The notes under the pieces: model-generated
Seen by the model: the letters and a program-made list of their open reading frames with translations, nothing else
Told to the model about the DNA's origin: nothing
Databases searched by the model: none
Program-made: the position numbers and the translations under genes
Assembly (NCBI GenBank): GCA_964016885.1
Contig: OZ024747.1
Location: 90,272,001-90,336,000, forward strand
Length of the DNA stretch: 64,000 bases
Source of the DNA: Eledone cirrhosa
Lineage: Eukaryota
Direction of reading: 5' to 3'
Part shown: positions 26,784 to 41,755 of the stretch, one piece after another
Layout of the letters: each line of letters starts with the position of its first letter
How positions within the stretch are numbered: the first letter of the stretch is position 1

Positions 26784-26952
26784 TATATATATATAATTGT
26801 TTCTACTTTAGGCACAAAGCCAGCAATTACCCAGTATATTACTGGTACTTTATTTTATCGACCCCGTAAGTCAACCTCGGCGAGATTTGAACTCAGAATG
26901 GCAAGGGCCATAACTCTATGCGTCAAAGCATAGTCCAGAAATAGCCGTCTCT

Positions 26953-26994
<42 letters not shown>

Positions 26995-27420
26995 ATATAT
27001 ATAATATAATAAAATTTCAATAAGTTGATGTTTTGTTGTAACACTTTGCGCATCTTATTCAACGTATCACTGATGAAAAAAAAAATGGTCACTGTATATG
27101 GTCAGATGATCTGTTAGAAATAATAGCTCAATCTTCCTCATTAAACAACAAAATCTCGTATTAGACAATGTAATCCTGTATACCCCCTACAAAGAATTTC
27201 GAAGAAAATAGGGTAGTGGTAAATATCTTTATATAAGCTGATATTATTTTGGATAAATATCACTGAAGATAGATGAAAATCCCCAAATACTAGTGGTTGG
27301 CATTCTCTCATGGTTACTGAGGTAGCTGTGACATTATCACAGCTTAAAATACCCACAGTGAGATTTATGTATGTTTATTATACATAAATATACTGTGTAT
27401 GCTTTCGAACATTATTCTAT

Positions 27421-27827
27421 GTAGTGGATTGGCAGTATCGGTAGAGGGTCGGACACCATGCTTTGCAGCATAGAGTTACGGCCCTTTATGATCTGAGTTC
27501 AAATCCCGCCGAGGTTAACTTTGCCTTTCATCCTTACGGGGTCGATAAAATGAAGTACCAGTAATGTACTTGGTAATTGCTGGCCTTGTGCCAAAAGTAG
27601 AAACAATTATTCTATGTATTATACATGCACCTTTGATGAGTTGTAGTGCAACTGAGCACTGTACATAATAATTTCATTATTATTATTATTATAGTTACGG
27701 TCTTTGCCATTCTGAGTTCAAATCCCGCCGAGGTTAACTTTGCCTTTCATCCTTACGGGGTCGATAAAATAAAGTACCAGTAATGTACTGGGTAATTGCT
27801 GGCCTTGTGCCAAAAAGTAGAAACAAT
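27421..27827 (+). mobile_element. SINE family A, two copies
   Basis: 27421-27608 and about 27690-27827. Confidence 0.85.
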
Positions 27828-28622
27828 TATTATTATTATTATATACAACTCAATTCTGAATTACACTGTGTTAGTATTACTGCTAATTAATATCAATTCA
27901 TCCAGTCAGCATCTCCATTAATATATTATTTACAAAATTCTCTATACAAGCTGATAGCTTATTTCGCCTCAGTACCAAGTGTGTAAACGTCACTGAAGAT
28001 GAATGGAAATCCTGAAATACTAGTATTTAGTACTCTCACATGGGGACTGAGGTAGCTGTGACATGGTCACAGGTTGAACTAGCGACAGTGAGGCTTATAT
28101 ATGTTTATTATACATCAACATACTGCATATATAATTCTATTATCTCATGTATATATTTGAAGGCACAAGTGCTGCTACAAGGTGTTAACTATGATAGCTG
28201 ACAACAAAGTAAAGAAATAAAGAAAATATTAGTTTATGAACTTTTGCTGAACTTATCTGTCCGCCAAATTCACAAAGAAAACTCCCTCCAAAGATATCAG
28301 ACAGTTTTTCTGTTTATTTACTAGAATAGAAGTGGTTCATTTTATCAACTAGCTGCTGTAGAGAGAAATAATTTGCATTCAATAAAGAGCAGTAAGGATT
28401 TGGAGTTTGCCATACCTATCTTTATCAATCTTATTTACCTGTCTAATTATTTTTCATACTTACATATACTTTTATATCTTATATTATACACTCACTATCT
28501 TTATATGTGTGCTGTGTTTTCTTTGTTGCTCTTGTAAGAATAAAAATAATAAAGTTTCATTATAACATCCTCATACTGTTAACAATATGTTGTTGTTATT
28601 TATAATGTAGTATAAACTGAAG

Positions 28623-28812
28623 AATTGTTTCTACTTTTGGCACAAGGCCAGCAATTATCCCAGTGTATTACTGGTGCTTTATTTTATCGACCCCGTAAGG
28701 ATGAGAAGCAAAGTTAGCTTCAGCAGGATTTGAAATCAGACCATAAAGGGGCACAACTCTATGCTGCAAACCATGGTGTTCGACCCTCTACCGATACTGC
28801 CAATCCACCGCC
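28623..28812 (-). mobile_element. SINE family A
   Basis: Homology to the exemplar. Confidence 0.85.
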
Positions 28813-30352
28813 TGAAGAATTAATAATGTACCAAACAAATTGTCCCGCACATTTTTGTTGTAGAACAATGTGTGCAGTAGGTTTCTCTTAATTATAATAT
28901 TTAACATTCTTATTACAGATTTTATTTGAAGATATCAAAGGCTAAACTCTGTATCGAAAACATATAAGAAAAACTACCCATTCATTTAAATTTAGAGAAA
29001 AAAAGAAAAGAAAAAAGAAACAAAAAATTAATTAATAGGATAAATATGGCCAACAAGATATAACAACTATTTTGTCAATTTGTCACTTCTTACAGTCAGT
29101 TTCTGACTAGCTTAGAATCTTTGTAAAAGATTAAATATTTACTATAAGAAAATTGAATTAGCTCTTAAACAAGGCTTTAGGCTTCATGAAATACGATAAT
29201 GCTATTAACTAATTCTAAATCTGATGCCAAAAGCTATCTGAAATTGAAAAACATATCATGTGATTCATATATTTGAATTAATTTTTTATATTTATAAAAA
29301 GAAAGAATTCTTTGCATTTAAAACAAGCCTTTAGCAAAAGTTGAAAATTATAGACTCTTCTAGAAAAGTGTTATTAGTATGAAAATAAAAAGGATATCTT
29401 ATCGTCAGATAATAGTATATAACTAAATTTACTCTTTGTCTATAGTCATATTGTTTTGCACTTATCTTCAAACTCTGTAATTATTGTATATTATATCTAG
29501 AATTTCTCAATTAAACAATATAGAAATCTTTCATTGAAACAAATTATTGTCAATTATCTTCTCATGTTGTACCAACAGCTTTGACTTCAGTTTAATTATT
29601 TATTAAATGTTTTGATAGAAAAACATCACTCCACACTAAATTATTTTAAATCATTCTTTTGCAGAAAGCAAAGTGATATATGGTCTAAGTAGCAACATTA
29701 TACAGATTTTTAAATTAATATTTTTCTTTAATTAATATTTTTTAATTACATGATGCGTTTGAGATATATATTCATCATTTTCAGTGTATTCAAGCCACCG
29801 CTGTTTGCTATTTCATATTGTTATTGACTTGTAACTGAAATGTAAATGAAAGCTTTTGTGTTAAACAGAAGACACTTCAAAGATACCTTCTGATATCATA
29901 TATATCTTCCATTGTATTCTTTTAAATACACAACATTTCACAATGTTATAGTAAAGCATAGCTTAGTATATTTTCTGTTTCTTTATTTCTTTCCTATTAA
30001 ACTTTTACTGAACATTACCTTTTAAGTTAAAGTTTCCACACCATGTGTGATATATCTTTCAAAGTTCCAGATTAATTGTACTAACAATAACACTCTCTAT
30101 ATTTCTGATCTAAAATTGATCCATAGACTACAGACAATGGACAATGGGGCATCTCCCTCATAAAGAAGGTTAGAAAATATTCCTAAATAGAAACATGTTT
30201 GGTCACTTGAGTGAAATCAGCAAATATTACTATTTGTATTGCTTTGTTTAACTAACAGTAAGTTACAAATGAATCCTACTCTGTGATAAATTGGCAGGTG
30301 TTTGAAAGACAGCAACCAATCTATCATAAACTTATAGAACAGCTGCCTGAAT

Positions 30353-31790
30353 ATCATCATCAACATCATCATCATCATCTTCATCATCATCGTTTAACGT
30401 CCATTTTCCACACTAGCATGGGTTAGACGGGTTGCCCCATTTGAGGCAAGTTGGGTCAGGTGGTGATGTTTTACTCATATAGAACTGTTTCTGGCTAGGT
30501 TTCTAGGGCTGTTTCATCATCATCATCATCACCATTTTACATCCGTTCTTCCACGCTAGCATGGGTTAGATGGTTTGTCCTGTTGTGGGCAGTAGCCGGT
30601 CGGCTGACCATGCCTTGCTCATACGGGAACTGATTCTGGCTTGATTTCTACAGCTGGATGCCCTTCCTAACACCAACCTCATTTACAGTGAGTGCTGGGA
30701 GCTTTTTTCCCTGGCGCCTACACATCCACTTTACAGTGTGGGCGGGGTGCTTTTTTGCCGTGGCACCTCTATGACCACTTTGCAGTGGGAGGGTGTGGAG
30801 CATATTGTCTATATGCTTCAGCTTCGGCTTGTACCCGTGGTGAGTCGGGTCTTCTGTATTACTGCGTGATGCCAGAAGTCACGGTCGTGTGTCATCATCT
30901 TTGAGAGGTGTAATTGGGTAAGGTCACCTTTTATCACCTCATCTCAGGTCTTGTTGGGTCTCCCCACTCTGCGGTTTCCATCGACTTCTAATGCTCTGCA
31001 CCTTTTTATGCAGTTGTCATCCTTCATATGCATCACATGTCCATACCAATGCAACCTCCTCTCCTGCACACAGCATTTGATTCCTCTTATGCTCAGTCTC
31101 TCTCTCAATTCGTTTATGCTTTGCCGTTCACGTATATTACTATTACACATCCATCAGAGCATGCAGGCTTTGTTTCTTTCTAATCTATGCAAGTCTTCCA
31201 CAGACAGCGCCCAGGTCTCACTACCATGTAACATTGCTGTTCGTATACACGCATCATACAGTCTGCCTTTCATTTTGAGTTAAAAGCCTTTTGCAGCTAG
31301 CAGTGGCAGTAGCTCCCTGAACTTCTTCCATCCCTTCCTAATAACAACCATATTTATAGTGTGTGTTGGGGGCTATTCATTGTCACTCCTACATGACACT
31401 TTACAGTGCAGGCTGGGTGCTTTATGTCAAGACACCTACACAACTACTTTACATTGTGGGTTGGGTGCTTTATGTCATGACACCTACACAACCACTTTAC
31501 AGTGTGGGTTGGGTGGTTTTATCATGACATCTACACAACCACGTTACAGTGTGGGCTGGGTGCTTTTTGTTGTGACACCTACACAACCACTTTACTGTGT
31601 GGGATGGATACTTTTTGTCATGACACCTACACAACCACTTTACAGTGTGGGCTGGGTGCTTTTTGTCATGACACCTACACAACCACTTTACTGTGTGGGA
31701 TGGATACTTTTTGTCATGACATCTACACAACCACTTAATAGTATGTGCTGGATATGTTTTGTTCACAGTGTAAGGGTGTTGTAGACAGGA
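30353..31790 (-). mobile_element. Nested RTE 3' fragments; 47-48 bp minisatellite at about 31395-31760
   Basis: ORF remnant MCNSNIRERQSINELRERL...RRLHWYGHVM (30944-31150). Two (ATC)n tails (30353, 30515). Confidence 0.85.
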
Positions 31791-32030
31791 GTGAGTGTTA
31801 AATCTATTTCTGTTAAGACTAATACTGTAAAAAATATATCACTGAGGCTAATTATTCAGAGATGTTATCCATAGGAATAATTAATCATTTCATTAGTGTT
31901 AACATAATTAATGTAGTGAATACAAAATATCTAAGAGATACTGATATGCTGAGGAAAAAATCAACATTATCTTAATGATTCATAATATTTCAATTATTTG
32001 GGGGAGTATTGGAGACAATACTGGACATGA

Positions 32031-32700
32031 TCTTCTTCTTCTTCTTCTTCTTCTTCTTCTTCTTCTTCTTCTTCTTCTTCTTCTTCTTCTTCTTCTTCTT
32101 CTTCTTCTTCTTCTTCTTCTTCTTCTTCTTCTTCTTCTTCTTCTTCTTCTTCTTCTTCTTCTTCTTCACTCATATATTCCTGGGAGGGAGGGTTGTGGAG
32201 GCAGAGTCCACAATCATACCTTCCAGAAGCAACCATCTCCAACGGCTGGATCCATAAGTGTGACCAGCCAAGAACTCATGGATTTTATCCAACCATTTCA
32301 CTTAGGGTCTATCCCTGGGTCTTCTGCCATTCACTCTACCTGGAATGACTCTCTGATTTCCAAGCTATGCACTCTATTGAGTAATGTTAGTCCAAGGATC
32401 CTTTGGAGGAACCATATTTCAGCTGCTTGTATTCGTGATCATATTATTTTGGTCACTGCCCTAGATTTATGAGGATAGGCAATGGTTGGTACGAATACTG
32501 AATTGAAGATAGCAAGTTTGTATTTTACACATACCTCTCTTCTGCTGATGACCAAATGTACCAGTTCCTGCAATTCTTGCACTTTATTCAGCCTCCTACC
32601 TTCCATCACTCAGGAACACAGCCCCAAACTTTTGGGGCTACCATCCTCTTCTCGGTCACTTAATATCCTCAGCGTCCCCACCCCTATTTCCTGAGAGACC
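32031..32700 (-). mobile_element. Degenerate RTE-type 3' fragment with (GAA)n tail
   Basis: Minus-strand remnants KLAIFNSVFVPTIAY and GRVNGRRPRDRP. (CTT)n at 32031-32167. Confidence 0.55.
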
Positions 32701-32740
32701 TGCCTACAAGCAAATTGTAAATAATATATAATAAATAAAA

Positions 32741-33266
32741 TCTTTAATCTATATATATAAAACTGAGGATGTCTGTCTGTGTGTGTGTGAGTTTGAATCC
32801 CTAAAACTAGAGAAGCACCCAACCGACTGTTTTCAAACTTTACACATGTAATACTTATGTATGTTTCAGGGAGTGTTCTGAGCAAAAGAAATTTCAAATT
32901 TTCGATGCCCTAGGGACCGCATTAGGCGATTTAGCGATCTCTCTCTATAATTCTTAGTCTTTCTCTTTTTAGATAGATACATACATATAACGTTGTACCC
33001 TTATAATATATGTCTGTATGTCTGGCTGTCTGCTGCCTCCGGTTATTCTGCCACCCTTGCTCAAGACAAATCTCACACTCGTTCCCCAAACAGTTGGTAA
33101 GTGCACACAAGTTCTTCCTCACGTTTTAAGCCACACTGTTGCTTACTTACGTACCACCAGACCCTTACTTCTTTGCCAGCTGTGGTTGTGGCAATACTAA
33201 GCTTAGCTAAGGCGGTTATATATTTCACAATACCTTATCCCATGCAACACCGGGTACCACTGCTAG
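32741..33266 (+). mobile_element. Non-autonomous Helitron-like element
   Basis: 5' A|TCTTTAATCTATATATATAAAA...(GTCT)n; 3' CCCATGCAACACCGGG hairpin then CTAG|T. Confidence 0.7.
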
Positions 33267-34011
33267 TAAATAATATAATATATATATTATGTATAAATAA
33301 ATAATTGTCATTTCCAAAATATGTAAACATCCGTTTGTATTCTGAGTTCAAATCCTCCCAAATGAAATAAACCAAGTAAACTCCTCTCCCATACATTTGT
33401 GACATTGTGTCAATATATGAAACAAATAATATTATAGTGTATCAAAATAGCAATATTAAATATAAAATCTTATGCTTTATAGAATATTTTGTATTTTAAA
33501 CACAGGGATAAAGAAAAATCTATGTAAAAAAAAAAAAAACTGCTCTAATTATACTTATTCAGGTAACTTTAGTACACATCACTATTTATAACAGCGATTA
33601 TAGAAGTCAGATCTGCAGCTTATGGAAAGCAAGTAAAATATTGACAGATCTTAAAATAGTGACAATTCCCAAAATAGTGACAGTTCTCAACGTTTTTGCT
33701 AAATCAGCAGCATCTGGCAGTCTTCTTTGCATTCCCTAAACAATCTGAGAAAGGCTTCACACATTTCTTCTTTTTGTTATATATATATAATAAATATAAT
33801 ATTTTTTAAAACTCTTTATGCGACCTAGATTCTAATCCTTAATCACTCAAGTAAATCAAATGCCACCTTTTTTTATTATCCCAAAACACCTCATAGTTAT
33901 CTACAAAGTTTTCAAACCAGTTTGCTACCATCTACTAATCATAAAATACATATACATGACTGCCTACTAGTTAACGACTGTATACTGCAGTAGTGAAGCA
34001 TATAAATAACG

Positions 34012-34068
<57 letters not shown>

Positions 34069-34072
<4 letters not shown>

Positions 34073-34367
34073 TGTGAGTTCAATTCTCAGACCGGGTGAT
34101 GTGTTGTTTCCTTGAGCAAGACACTTTATTTCACATTGCTCCAGTTTACTCAGCTGTAGAAATGAGATGATAGAGACTGGGGTCCCTATCATTCCACTGT
34201 AAAGTGGTCGTGGAGGTGCCACGGGAAAAAAGCACCCAGCACTCACTGTAAATGAGGTTGGTGTTAGGAAGGGCATCCAGCTGTAGAAATCAAGCCAGAA
34301 TCAGTTCCCGTCACACCCTTGCAAGCAGGGAAAAGCGGACGTAAAATGATGATGATGATGATGATGA
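34069..34367 (+). mobile_element. SINE family B (5'-truncated) in (TA)n
   Basis: Near-identical to 26489-26783, with (GAT)n tail. Confidence 0.85.
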
Positions 34368-34380
34368 TATATATATATAT

Positions 34381-37687
<3,307 letters not shown>

Positions 37688-40600
37688 ACAACCCATCATC
37701 CCTCCCTCCCGCCCCCACGCACCACCATTATTACGTGGACCAATCATAAGTCAGAGGCCCATACTATCGCTTAACTGGTTGCTTTTCGATATGATGGATG
37801 GACTACGGAATTCTGGAGAGTTGAAGAGAGAAAAATGTGGACGCTCAGCGACAATGCCAAAGATAAAGCCAAATTCACCTCGTGGACGAGAATGCAAGCA
37901 CTCCTCCTTGTTTCGGCCCAGGATGGCTAACATAACCCCATCCCCCCCCGCGCCCCACTGCTCCCACCCTCCAAAAGCAATCCAAAACTTCAGAGTTGGT
38001 ACCACGAATGTAGGCACCTTAAAGGGTCGCTCTAACGAGGTTGTAGAAATGCTTGAACGTAAGGAGGTCGATGTTTGTTGTATTCAAGAGACCAGGTGGA
38101 GGGGAGGGTCGGCTAGATTCATCGTGGGTAAAGAGCGATGCTATAAGCTTTTCTGGGTGGGAAATGACAATGGGTTGGGTGGGGTAGGAATCATGGTAGC
38201 AGAAAAGTGGGCAGATAAGATAATAGACGTAAATAGAGTGAACGACAGAATAATTAAAATAAGACTTGTCCTCAATAAAACTACGGTGACAGTAATATCT
38301 GCGTACGCACCCCAATCCGGACTGCCCCGCGCTATAAAAGACAGATTCTACGAGACACTGATGCTCGCTACCTCCCAAATAACCGACAGTGACTATATAG
38401 TTATTGCAGGCGACCTAAATGGTCACGTTGGACAACATTGTGACGGCTATGACGGAATCCATGGAGGCTATGGGTTCGGTACTAGAAATGAGGAAGGCTC
38501 CAGAATCCTGGAATTCTGCGACGCAAATAACTTAACTATCTGTAACACTAACTTCAAAAAACGAGACAATCACTTGATCACCTATAGATCGGGGGAACAC
38601 ACAAGCCAGGTAGATTATATCCTTACCAGAAGACGTGACAGAGTGTCTGTTGTTAACACTAAATCCCACCCCCATGAAGAATTCACCTCCCAACATAGAC
38701 TGATAATTAGCGACCTCATAGTCAGGACGAGACGTACTAGACAGCGGAAGAGGACTATCCTCAGGAGAAAAATATGGAAGCTAAAGGACCCCATAGCCAG
38801 AAATAAATTTCAAAGCAAATTACTTGACGCTTTCGACAGTAAGGAAGAGCAATTAGAGTCGTATAATATAGAGGAACAGTGGGAATTCCTGAGAGCAAAC
38901 CTGCTGACGGCGGCAGACGAAGTCTGTGGCTGGAGCAGGCCTGTAGGTAGGAGGAGAGTAACATGGTGGTGGAACAGTAAGGTGGAGGAGTCAATTAAGG
39001 CCAAAAAGCAGGCTTGGAAAGTATGGCGGGATGGGGGAAGTAGAGAAGACTATCAAGTGGCCAGGAGGGAAGCTAGGAGACAAGTGTACTTCGCAAGAAG
39101 GGAAGCAGAGGAAAGAAAGTTCAAGCATGTTCTACAACGTGAGGACCAAAAACGTGAGGTGTTCAGGATTGCCAGGCAATGTGTCAAGGAAAACCGTGAT
39201 ATTGTCGGGGACAATATCACGGTTTTCCTTAACATCGTTAAGTGTGTACTTAACGATGATGGCATACTTGCCATCACCGACGCTGATAAGAAGGTAGCTT
39301 GGAAGTGTCACTACGAAAGGCTTCTAAATGAGGAGAACAAATGGGAGAAAGACAGTCTCCCCCAGATCGATCCAATAGAGGGACCAGCAGTGTTAGTTGA
39401 AGGTAGTATAATAAGTAAGGCAATCAAAGATATGAAGACGGGTAAGGCGGCTGGGCCTTCGGAAATAGTTGCTGAGATGCTGAAGGCATCTGGTTCGGTG
39501 GGACACACCATGGTCACCCGGATAGTTAACCAAGTCGTACAGAATGGGGTTGTTCCGAAGGAATGGCGTAGCAGCATCATCGTTAACTGCTATAAGGGAA
39601 AAGGAGATGCCCTAGATAGGAGTAACTATAGAGGCATTAAATTAATCGACCAGGTCATGAAGGTCACGGAAAAAGTAATAGCGCAACTAATCAGAGAGAG
39701 AATTGATCTAGATGAAATGCAGTTCGGGTTTGTGTCAGGCAAAAGTACCACAGACGCTCTTTTCATTGTACGACAACTACAGGAGAAGTACCTAGCTAAA
39801 AGTAAACCCCTATACTTAGCTATTGTCGACTTGGAGAAAGCCTTCGACAGAGTCCCCCGTTCCATTATCTGGTGGTCTCTTAGAAAACTAGGTGTTGACG
39901 AATGGCTTGTGAGAGCTATACAAGCCATGTATAAAGAAACAGTCAGTAAGGTTAGAATTAACAACGAATATAGTGAAGAGTTTAGCGTAAAAGTTGGTGT
40001 CCATCAGGGCTCTGTACTTAGCCCCCTACTATTTATTATTGCCCTTCAGGCTATAACAGAGGAGTTCAAGACCGGCTGCCCATGGGAACTCCTATACGCA
40101 GATGATCTAACGCTCATAGCTGAATCAATGACCGAACTAGAGAAGAAATTCCAAACGTGGAAGCACGGCCTAGAATCAAAAGGCCTTAAAATTAACCTGG
40201 CTAAGACTAAAGTTCTAGTTTGTAGGAAAGAAAATAAGGCGGCGGTCCCATCGGGGAAATGGCCATGCTCAGTGTGTAGGAAAGGCGTAGGTAGAAACTC
40301 CATTTTATGTCCCAAATGCAAAGTATGGGTGCATAAAAGATGTAGTGGGATCACAGGTAAGCTAACTAAGAACATAGATTTTACATGTGGCCGGTGCTCT
40401 GGTGCAATAAGTAGCAGCAAGTGCCCACAAAATACTAGCTCTTTCAATTGCGCAGAGGGTTCTATAGAAATAGTGGACAGCTTCCGTTATCTGGGTGACA
40501 AAATCAGCAGTGGGGGAGGGTGCTCTGAAAGTACAGTAGCTAGAGTCAGAACTGGATGGAAAAAGTTCAGAGAGCTTATACCACTATTAGCCGCTAGAGG

Positions 40601-41557
40601 GTTCTCCCTAAAAATGAAAGGCAGGTTATACGATGCCTGCATACGAACAGCAATGCTGCATGGCAGTGAGACCTGGGCATTGTGTGCAGAGGATATACGC
40701 AGACTAGAGAGGAACGAAGCTTGCATGCTCCGCTGGATGTGCAATAGTAATATACGCGAACGGCAAAGCATAAACGAACTAAGGAAAAAATTAGAAATAA
40801 GAGGGATCAGATGTTGTTTACTCGAGAGAAGGCTACGTTGGTACGGTCACGTGATGCGCATGAAAGACGACAGCTGTATAACAAAGTGCAGGGCAATAAA
40901 GATAGACGGTAGCCACGGAGTAGGCAGACCCAGAAAAACATGGGACGAGCTGATAAATTCCGACCTCACACGCTTACACCTCTCCAAGACAATGTCACTG
41001 GACCGAGACCTTTGGCGGTACTCAGTAATAGAGAAGACCCGCCTTACCTAAATACAAAGTAAAAACCTACTACAGTCAGTAGGCACCTCTATCAAAACAC
41101 ACCCCCGTCCCACCACCTCCACCCCACCCACACCGCCCCTTTCAATGTAAAGTTATGTTGGTCCCACAACATCCAGGCCGAAACAAATGAGATCGTGTAG
41201 GTGTCACGACAAAAAACACACAGTCCACGCTGTAAATGTGGCCGTGTAGGCAACACGGTAAAAACCTCCCAGCCCCACACTGTAAATGTGGTTGGTGTTA
41301 GGAAGGGCATCCAGCTGTAGAAAACCCGCCAGACAGTCCACGCTGTAATGTGGCCGTGTAGGCAACACGGTAAAAACCTCCCAGCCCCACACTGTAAATG
41401 TGGTTGGTGTTAGGAAGGGCATCCAACTGTAGAAAACCCGCCAGACAGTCCTATGCGAGCAAGACAACCACTCTTGCCTCAAGTGGGAAAACCCCCGTCC
41501 AAACCCATGCAAGCGTGGAACACGGACGCTAAACCTGATGATGATGATGATGATGAT
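37688..41557 (+). mobile_element. Near-full-length RTE LINE (copy 1) with 3' UTR and (GAT)n tail abutting (TA)n
   Basis: ORF above, about 500 bp 3' UTR ending GGACGCTAAACC(TGA)n. The 5' end is fused to a tandem array. No TSD visible. Confidence 0.92.
37791..41051 (+). CDS. RTE-clade LINE ORF: AP endonuclease + reverse transcriptase with internal PHD-type zinc finger
   Basis: Uninterrupted 1090-aa ORF (first ATG 37791). APE motifs TTNVGTL, CIQETRW, ISAYAPQ, AGDLNGH, SQVDYIL, SQHRLII. RT motifs KAAGPSEI, NYRGIKL, QFGF, DLEKAFDRV, GVHQGSVLSPLLF, LYADDL, FRYLG. RTE-type C-terminus RRLRWYGHVMR...GRPRKTW. Confidence 0.96.
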   Translation: MMDGLRNSGELKREKCGRSATMPKIKPNSPRGRECKHSSLFRPRMANITPSPPAPHCSHPPKAIQNFRVGTTNVGTLKGRSNEVVEMLERKEVDVCCIQETRWRGGSARFIVGKERCYKLFWVGNDNGLGGVGIMVAEKWADKIIDVNRVNDRIIKIRLVLNKTTVTVISAYAPQSGLPRAIKDRFYETLMLATSQITDSDYIVIAGDLNGHVGQHCDGYDGIHGGYGFGTRNEEGSRILEFCDANNLTICNTNFKKRDNHLITYRSGEHTSQVDYILTRRRDRVSVVNTKSHPHEEFTSQHRLIISDLIVRTRRTRQRKRTILRRKIWKLKDPIARNKFQSKLLDAFDSKEEQLESYNIEEQWEFLRANLLTAADEVCGWSRPVGRRRVTWWWNSKVEESIKAKKQAWKVWRDGGSREDYQVARREARRQVYFARREAEERKFKHVLQREDQKREVFRIARQCVKENRDIVGDNITVFLNIVKCVLNDDGILAITDADKKVAWKCHYERLLNEENKWEKDSLPQIDPIEGPAVLVEGSIISKAIKDMKTGKAAGPSEIVAEMLKASGSVGHTMVTRIVNQVVQNGVVPKEWRSSIIVNCYKGKGDALDRSNYRGIKLIDQVMKVTEKVIAQLIRERIDLDEMQFGFVSGKSTTDALFIVRQLQEKYLAKSKPLYLAIVDLEKAFDRVPRSIIWWSLRKLGVDEWLVRAIQAMYKETVSKVRINNEYSEEFSVKVGVHQGSVLSPLLFIIALQAITEEFKTGCPWELLYADDLTLIAESMTELEKKFQTWKHGLESKGLKINLAKTKVLVCRKENKAAVPSGKWPCSVCRKGVGRNSILCPKCKVWVHKRCSGITGKLTKNIDFTCGRCSGAISSSKCPQNTSSFNCAEGSIEIVDSFRYLGDKISSGGGCSESTVARVRTGWKKFRELIPLLAARGFSLKMKGRLYDACIRTAMLHGSETWALCAEDIRRLERNEACMLRWMCNSNIRERQSINELRKKLEIRGIRCCLLERRLRWYGHVMRMKDDSCITKCRAIKIDGSHGVGRPRKTWDELINSDLTRLHLSKTMSLDRDLWRYSVIEKTRLT

Positions 41558-41600
41558 TTATATATATATATATATGTATATATATGTATATATATATATA

Positions 41601-41694
<94 letters not shown>

Positions 41695-41755
41695 AGTATG
41701 TATGTATACGTACATACATATATGTATACAGACGTACAGTAGCATGCATATATAT

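Noticed and set aside
37688-37790. HDV-like ribozyme at the RTE 5' end
   Set aside because: Could not fit P1-P4; the element may be slightly 5'-truncated.
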